Shown here: piece after piece, positions 58,379 through 64,000 of the stretch
How the letters are laid out: every line of letters begins with the position of its first letter
Numbering within the stretch: the first letter of the stretch is position 1
Assembly (NCBI GenBank): GCA_963665845.2
Contig: OY762492.1
Span: 3,136,001 to 3,200,000, forward strand
Source: Candidatus Poribacteria bacterium
Lineage (GTDB): Bacteria; Poribacteria; WGA-4E; GCA-2687025
Direction: 5' to 3'
Length of the DNA: 64,000 nucleotides
Notes under the pieces: generated by a model
Told to the model about the DNA's origin: nothing
Seen by the model: the letters and a program-made list of their open reading frames with translations, nothing else
Databases searched by the model: none
Translations under genes and position numbers: made by a program

Positions 58379-58485
58379 ACGCTGCGCCTCGAACCGTTTT
58401 CCCGCGTATGCAGAAACGGCGGCGGCATTCTCCCTGCCGTCCATTCCGCCGCTAAATTAAAGCGGACTGCGTCGGCGTTTTTGCG

Positions 58486-59094
58486 TTAACGCCCGCGTTT
58501 GATCTCCGCCCAGCTGGCAGCCAAACGGCCGGCAGGCTCCACATTCAGTTCCCCGATCACGTATCTGAAGTACACGTCGTCCGCTTCGTCGTTTGGACCG
58601 CACCATGCCCAAAACGCTTCGCTGTCGGGGTCTTTCAGATGGTTGCGCATGGCGCCCGCCCCAAAGCCCCAGATGCCTCCGCCAAACTGCTCATAGTAGG
58701 TCAGCTCCATCCATTCCGAATCGTCAAAATCGCCTGTTTCCCATCCGTCGTTTCGAGAGGCGATCGCCTCTCCCGCGTCGCATTTCCATCGAGGGTCGTC
58801 GGGATTTGTCGAAAGATATTCGCCGTCATCGAGAATGATGTCCGCCAGAAATCCGCCTTTGCCGGCGTTTCCAGGTTCCGCGTCATGAACGTAGATTCCG
58901 ATCAGCGCGTAGCCTCGGTTGTCCAGCTGAAATTCGGTCACGGTCGGAGCCTGCCAGTTGTTTCCCTCGGCGATCATTTCGCCGTTGTGAAACACCTGCC
59001 ATGCGTTGTCTCCGCTCACGCGAACCGCCGCCGACTGCGCCGCAGAGGAAATCAGCAGCGCCAGCGCGCCGGCAATCCAAAAAATTCGTTTCAT
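58486..59094 (-). CDS. Secreted beta-sandwich/lectin-like protein with C-terminal VEPAGR-W motif
   Basis: Signal peptide ending AQS-A; GDNAWQVFHNG, W...DFDDSEW, VYFRY resemble galactose-binding-like domains; ends LNVEPAGRLAASWAEIKRGR. Confidence 0.78.
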   Translation of the reverse strand: MKRIFWIAGALALLISSAAQSAAVRVSGDNAWQVFHNGEMIAEGNNWQAPTVTEFQLDNRGYALIGIYVHDAEPGNAGKGGFLADIILDDGEYLSTNPDDPRWKCDAGEAIASRNDGWETGDFDDSEWMELTYYEQFGGGIWGFGAGAMRNHLKDPDSEAFWAWCGPNDEADDVYFRYVIGELNVEPAGRLAASWAEIKRGR

Positions 59095-59239
59095 CGTCTA
59101 TTCTCCTGATGGTTGAGTGTCTGCCCATGAGTACACATTTCTATGCTCAAGTCAACAGAATTCCGCTGACGACAATCTCTATAGGCGATGATGTACGAAA
59201 ATCCTGTTTGAGTAGGGCTAATCGTCGTTCGGCGCGCGG

Positions 59240-59430
59240 TTAAAACCCCCCCAGCCCCCCTTTCAAGGGGGGAGTCCAGAAATCCCGCAACCCTACCCGC
59301 CGTCATTCCCGCCCCTGCGGTAAAACGTGCGGGAATCCAGAGGCCCGCGGAAAACCCCCCAGCCCCCCTTTCAAGGGGAGTCCAGAAAAGCCGCCCCCCA
59401 TAGCCTGCCCCCGCGCAAGCGGGAATCTAA
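59240..59430. repeat. REP-like cluster
   Basis: Two AAAACCCCCCAGCCCCCCTTTCAAGGGG-AGTCCAGAAA copies plus CCCGCGCAAGCGGGAATC. Confidence 0.85.
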
Positions 59431-59581
59431 AGTTTTTCCAGACAACCTCCGCATTCCAAAACGCCTCTCTAAAATCAACATCATCGTCTAAGAGACAGCC
59501 CCGTCAGATTTTTTGTAGCCGAACGGCGCGGATGTACGTTATAATAAGCAGTTGCGTTTCAAACGATGAAAGGACTGAACT

Positions 59582-60124
59582 TTGAAAAGACTGATTTATG
59601 CGGCGCTCGCGTTGGCGCCGTTGTTTCTGCTGGTCTCGTGCGGCGAAGACGAGCCTGACCCGCCGGACATTGATCATGAGAAGATCATTGCCGATGTGAA
59701 CGCCCAACTGGACACGGTCGGCATCGTCTTTAATGCCAACCTCACTACAGGCGAGGTTGTCACCTTTAACTTCAAAACCGCCGACACGGCTGAAAACAGG
59801 GCTTTGTTGAACGTGCTTGCCCCAAACGCCCCGTCCGACGGGCGCCTCATCGTCCGATCCAAGGATGATGACCCCGACTCTGAGGAAGCGGCGCCTTTGG
59901 AGCTCGGCAACATGAAGCTGTCGGTTGCGTCCGCAACGAGCGTCGCCATGAATGTACAATTCATCGGCATCGTGACGATCGATGAAAATGGAACGCCGGT
60001 CGGACTCGTTCCGCATGATGAGATTGCCGACGAAACGTTCGCGATCACATATCCGCTCAAGGATGGCGGGCTTGAGATCGACGGCGTCTGGTATGCGGCG
60101 GCGCCGCCGGAGGAAACTCCCTGA
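59582..60124 (+). CDS. Hypothetical lipoprotein, paralogue 1
   Basis: TTG start after AAAGGA; lipobox LVSC; acidic beta-rich body. Confidence 0.8.
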   Translation: MKRLIYAALALAPLFLLVSCGEDEPDPPDIDHEKIIADVNAQLDTVGIVFNANLTTGEVVTFNFKTADTAENRALLNVLAPNAPSDGRLIVRSKDDDPDSEEAAPLELGNMKLSVASATSVAMNVQFIGIVTIDENGTPVGLVPHDEIADETFAITYPLKDGGLEIDGVWYAAAPPEETP

Positions 60125-60234
60125 CGCGGTTTGAAGCGCGGGCCGGCTCTTCAGCCGGCCCCGCGCCGCTGCGGATTCCGCATTTCTGTCGGTTATGTTA
60201 CTGTTTACGGGCAACCTGAACCTGGGAGAACCTC

Positions 60235-60780
60235 ATGAAGTGGGCAATGTTTGCGGCGGCGGTCGTTGGCGCCGCGTGTTTGATCTCGTGCGGCGAGGAT
60301 GAACCGGAGCCGATTCCAGAGCCGACCCCTCAGGAGATCATTGACAAGGTGAACGCGCGTTTGGACGCGCTTGGCGGCGTCTGGAATACCGGCGGTTCCG
60401 CCGGCATGGTCGTCTCGTTTAATTTTAAAACGGCCGACACGGCAGAGAACAGGGCTTTGTTGGAAGTACTGGCGCCGAACGCCCCGACCGACGGACGCCT
60501 CATCGTCAGAACCAAGCAAACCGTAGAACAGTTCACGGCTGGGGACGTTCCGCCGATGGAGGTCGGCAACATGAAGCTGTCGGTCGAATCCGATACGAGC
60601 GTCGCCATGAATGTGGAATTCATCGGGACGGTGACGATCGATGAAAATGGAACTCCGATCAGCGTCGACACGAGCAATACAGGCTCCGAAACGTTCCTGA
60701 TCACATACCCGATGGCGCAGGGCGGGCTTGAGATCGACGGCGCCTGGTATACGGCAGTAGAGGTAGAGGAATCTCCCTAA
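60235..60780 (+). CDS. Hypothetical lipoprotein, paralogue 2
   Basis: Lipobox LISC; shares NFKTADTAENRALL, GNMKLSV, TIDENGTP, GGLEIDG.WY with paralogue 1. Confidence 0.82.
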   Translation: MKWAMFAAAVVGAACLISCGEDEPEPIPEPTPQEIIDKVNARLDALGGVWNTGGSAGMVVSFNFKTADTAENRALLEVLAPNAPTDGRLIVRTKQTVEQFTAGDVPPMEVGNMKLSVESDTSVAMNVEFIGTVTIDENGTPISVDTSNTGSETFLITYPMAQGGLEIDGAWYTAVEVEESP

Positions 60781-60782
60781 CG

Positions 60783-61799
60783 CTACTTGAATTGCGCCGC
60801 CAGCATTTCAGCCCACTGTTTGTTCGCGTCGATGGTTCTGCCGGCGTTGTGCGGCGTATGCACGACGTTCGGGCGGTCTAACAGCGGATCATCCAGCGGC
60901 AGCGGTTCGATGTCCCACACATCCGCGGCGAGGGCGAGTTCGTTTGCCAGAACGCGCCTGCGCACCGCGTCCATGTCGCAGATTCGGGCGCGCGTCACCA
61001 GCACGACGAGACAGCCTTTCGGCAGCGCATTGATATGTTCCGCCGTTACGATTCCGCGGGTTGAGTCGCGTAGGGGAACCATCGGCGCAAAGATTTCCGC
61101 GTCGGAAACAAGCCTGTCGAGCCGCCATTCTTTGCGCGCGCCGCCGCGGTGGAAGCATGGGTCTGGGGCGTAAGGGTCCCACGAAGCCACATCCGCTCCA
61201 AGAGCCGAGCAGAAGCTGGCGTAGCGGGAGCCGATATTGCCCGCCCCGACGATTCTGACGCGCTTGCCGTGAATCGTTCCGCTTGTGAAGCTGGGATCGT
61301 CGCCGAACTGATGACCGCGGGCGCCGGGTTTGCCGACGCCGCCGGGCGGGTTGTAGTTCCACGGGGAGAGGTCGTCGATGATCTGTCGATGGAGTTGCGG
61401 GATTCGCCGCAAGGCGGAGAGGGTGAGCGCGAGTCCGTATTCGGAGACGGTCTGCCCCCAGAATCCTTCGCTGGTGTGGCGGTAGGTTTCGACGCCGCGC
61501 TCCTTGAGCAGCTGCCGCGCCTCGTCGTTGAAGTTGGAGCCGTAGCTGCCTTGGAAGGTGGCTTCTTCCAGTTTCGGCATCGCCTTGAGACATTCGAGCG
61601 TCACGGGCGCGCCCATGCTGACAAGGCGGCGGACGTTTTCAGGGGCGGAGGCGGCTTGCCCGACCGTTCGGCTGTCGCCAGGTTCCAAACGGATAAACTC
61701 AACCCCGCCCTGCGCTTTCCATAGGCGGCGGAAGTGATCGGCGGCATACGGCCAGACGCCGTCAAAGTTTGGGTGTACGATCATCAGGCTTTCGCTCAT
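60783..61799 (-). CDS. D-isomer-specific 2-hydroxyacid dehydrogenase family protein
   Basis: GAGNIG Rossmann motif, DPY, VTRAR, DVWDIEP, TPHNAG. Confidence 0.9.
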   Translation of the reverse strand: MSESLMIVHPNFDGVWPYAADHFRRLWKAQGGVEFIRLEPGDSRTVGQAASAPENVRRLVSMGAPVTLECLKAMPKLEEATFQGSYGSNFNDEARQLLKERGVETYRHTSEGFWGQTVSEYGLALTLSALRRIPQLHRQIIDDLSPWNYNPPGGVGKPGARGHQFGDDPSFTSGTIHGKRVRIVGAGNIGSRYASFCSALGADVASWDPYAPDPCFHRGGARKEWRLDRLVSDAEIFAPMVPLRDSTRGIVTAEHINALPKGCLVVLVTRARICDMDAVRRRVLANELALAADVWDIEPLPLDDPLLDRPNVVHTPHNAGRTIDANKQWAEMLAAQFK

Positions 61800-62884
61800 A
61801 CGGGTTCTCCATTTCTTAAATCGCTTGAGTTGAAGCGGTTAGACAGCTCCTTATTTCTTTTAAATAGCCGAAGGGCGGCATGCGGCGCATCCGACACCCG
61901 CCGACGCGCGTCCTTACAGTATTCAGGATTGATCTCGTAGCCGATATAGCGGCGCCCCATGTTTTTACAGGCAACCGCTGTCGATCCCGACCCCATGAAC
62001 GGATCTAAAACCAGCGCATCGGGCGGCGTCAAAAGATGCAAAAACTCTTCGACGATCTCGACAGGATAGATCGCCGGATGCTTGTTGCCTTTGACCGCGG
62101 CGACCGGCGTCTCGATCACATCGCGCTTGAGACGCCTGCCATGCATGCGGATGATGGTGAACCCCTTGTTCTTGATCTGCAGCTGGCGTCCTCCCGCCTG
62201 TCCGCCAAACGGCTTGGCGTGGACGCCTCGTATCTTCATTCGAAAACTGTGAATCTCCCCGCGGCGAACTTCTTGGATGACCTCGGTCAATTCGCGTCGG
62301 GCGCCCTTTTTTTCTTTTTCGGACAAGTCCGATTGTTCAATCAGCTCAAAATACCGTTGACCCATCTTGGAGGACGGCTTGCCGGCGGCTTGCATCGGGG
62401 CGTCAAATTTCGCCAAAAATGCGTCCATATCGTAGTAGTACCGATCCGATTTGACAAAATGAAAAAACGGTTCTGTGCTGCTGACAAGGCGCCGGCGAAA
62501 TTGCCTCGGCGTCGGATTGCGCTTCACCCATGTGATTTCGTTCACCAGCTTGACCAGTCCAGTTTCGGTTGCCGCAAGCGCAAATCGGTACGGTACCAGA
62601 AGCAGGCTCCCGTCCAGATACTTGTCGCCCACATTGAAGACGAGACTCCCGCTCTTCTTTACGACCCGGACGCATTCGCAAAAGAGACTCAGCAGTTTCT
62701 CGATATAGTCGTCCACATGCTGTTCGTTGCCCATTCCGCCGCCGTAGTCGCGCTGCTGAAAGTAGGGCGGAGAGGTGATCGCAAGATCAACGCTCTCATT
62801 CGGCAGCCCGCGAATCAGCTCTAGGTTGTCGCCGCAGACGATCTGATCAACCGGCAAGGGTTCGAATCGGTCAAAGCCGTCCAT
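61796..62884 (-). CDS. Orphan site-specific DNA methyltransferase (beta class, N4-C/N6-A)
   Basis: Motif IV TSPPY near the N-terminus, HPAIYP, motif I DPFMGSGST near the C-terminus. Confidence 0.92.
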   Translation of the reverse strand: MDGFDRFEPLPVDQIVCGDNLELIRGLPNESVDLAITSPPYFQQRDYGGGMGNEQHVDDYIEKLLSLFCECVRVVKKSGSLVFNVGDKYLDGSLLLVPYRFALAATETGLVKLVNEITWVKRNPTPRQFRRRLVSSTEPFFHFVKSDRYYYDMDAFLAKFDAPMQAAGKPSSKMGQRYFELIEQSDLSEKEKKGARRELTEVIQEVRRGEIHSFRMKIRGVHAKPFGGQAGGRQLQIKNKGFTIIRMHGRRLKRDVIETPVAAVKGNKHPAIYPVEIVEEFLHLLTPPDALVLDPFMGSGSTAVACKNMGRRYIGYEINPEYCKDARRRVSDAPHAALRLFKRNKELSNRFNSSDLRNGEPV

Positions 62885-62886
62885 CG

Positions 62887-63555
62887 TCAAACTCGCCGCG
62901 CCGCCCATTTCGCCGCGTTCACAAACACCTTGCGGCATGGCTCCTCAAACAGGATATGGTAGGTCTCATGCCCAGGGCGGAAGTAGAAGATGCGCCCCCG
63001 CCCGCGCTCCCAGCAGCAGCCGGTCCGAAACACTTCGCCCTCCCGAAACGAAGAGATCATGACGACGCAGTCCGGCGTCGGTATGTCGAACGGCTCGACA
63101 TACATTTCCGCCTCCGGCAGCGTGAACTTCTGACCCAACCCCTCGGCAATCGGGTGGGACGGCTCCACGATATACACATGCTCCTCTTCCTCCTCTTCGC
63201 GCCAGCCGGCGATGTTGCCCGTCGTTCCGAGAAGGGCGCGAAACGGCTTAGAATGCAGCGCCGAGTGGATCGGGACAAAGCCCATCCCCCGCGCGAGAAC
63301 ATGTTTCAGGACGCGCGCCGTCGAGTCGTCTGTCACCTGTCCGTGGCGCGAATGCCCCCACCAAAACAGCACATCCGCCCTCGCCAGCGCCTCCTCGCTC
63401 AAGCCCTGTTCAGGATCGGACAGCTGCGCCGTCTCCGCTTCGATGCCAGCCTCGCGCAGCGCGTCCGCGACGGCGCCGTTGATCCCGTCCGGATAGACCG
63501 ACTCCGGCTCCGACCGTTCCGTCCAGCACAGCGCTTTGATTGGTTCTTGACTCAT
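62887..63555 (-). CDS. ThuA-like (trehalose utilisation) domain protein
   Basis: VYPDGI, DVLFWWGH, GFVPIHS, EMYVEPF, FYFRPGHETY. Confidence 0.9.
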   Translation of the reverse strand: MSQEPIKALCWTERSEPESVYPDGINGAVADALREAGIEAETAQLSDPEQGLSEEALARADVLFWWGHSRHGQVTDDSTARVLKHVLARGMGFVPIHSALHSKPFRALLGTTGNIAGWREEEEEEHVYIVEPSHPIAEGLGQKFTLPEAEMYVEPFDIPTPDCVVMISSFREGEVFRTGCCWERGRGRIFYFRPGHETYHILFEEPCRKVFVNAAKWAARRV

Positions 63556-63577
63556 GTAACATGCTCCTTTGTTTGCG

Positions 63578-64000
63578 TTATCGTTCTTTGCGCCGCTCTC
63601 GTATCTGCTTTATGGTCGGCGCGCCCATCGGTCCGATCGTTTCGACGGCGAAGGAGGCGGCGCAGTTTGCAAAGTCGACCGCCTCGCCCGCCCTGCCTGT
63701 CTTTATATAATGTATCAAAAACGCCGCCGCAAACACATCGCCCGCTCCTGTCGGGTCAAGCTCCTGCGCTGGATACGGCGGGAACGACTCCGCCCTGCCC
63801 TTCTCATACAGGACAGCGCCGCGCTTTCCCTGCGTCAAGACGATCAGCGGCGTCAGCGCGCGGAACTGTTCCAGTTCGTCCGGAAAAGGGGCGATGTCCT
63901 CCTCGCTCAAAATGAGCGCGTCCAGCTGCGGCAAAATCCGCTCCGCATGCTCCATGCGCTTCGCGCGCACAACGCCGTTCTCGTCCCACGCGCGGAGCCA
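63578..64000 (-). CDS. PfkB family carbohydrate kinase (5' part outside the window)
   Basis: LTQGKRG, DPTGAGDVFAAAF, ANCAAS. Confidence 0.9.
   Translation of the reverse strand, partial: WLRAWDENGVVRAKRMEHAERILPQLDALILSEEDIAPFPDELEQFRALTPLIVLTQGKRGAVLYEKGRAESFPPYPAQELDPTGAGDVFAAAFLIHYIKTGRAGEAVDFANCAASFAVETIGPMGAPTIKQIRERRKER

Overview
GC-rich bacterial chromosomal segment. The gene mix suggests, by inference only, a Candidatus Poribacteria-like sponge symbiont: secreted WD40/TolB propellers, a C-terminal V[DE]PAG[KR]xxxxW[GA]x[LI]K motif, sulfatases, PhyH and ARC/Dop genes. Housekeeping genes are a sigma-70-type factor plus gatCAB, ppk1, hisDCBH, argG, tRNA-Pro(GGG) and arc-dop. They alternate with four tandem arrays of exported paralogues: 2 TolB-like propellers, 5 membrane-anchored TPR-like proteins each preceded by the same ~74-nt hairpin-rich element, 6+1 WD40 proteins, and 2 lipoproteins. 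Also present are a frameshifted IS1595 element flanked by inverted REP halves, a fused type IIG-like restriction-modification gene, an orphan N4/N6 methyltransferase and many mosaic palindromic REP-like clusters. The best leads are (i) the five-gene constant-variable-constant TPR-like array with its repeated non-coding element, (ii) a short C-terminal motif shared by unrelated secreted proteins (candidate sorting signal), (iii) the ~1.87-kb-period WD40 array, and (iv) a consensus sigma-54 promoter upstream of an alternative sigma-70 factor and gatCAB. All calls come from reading motifs by eye; no searches were run.
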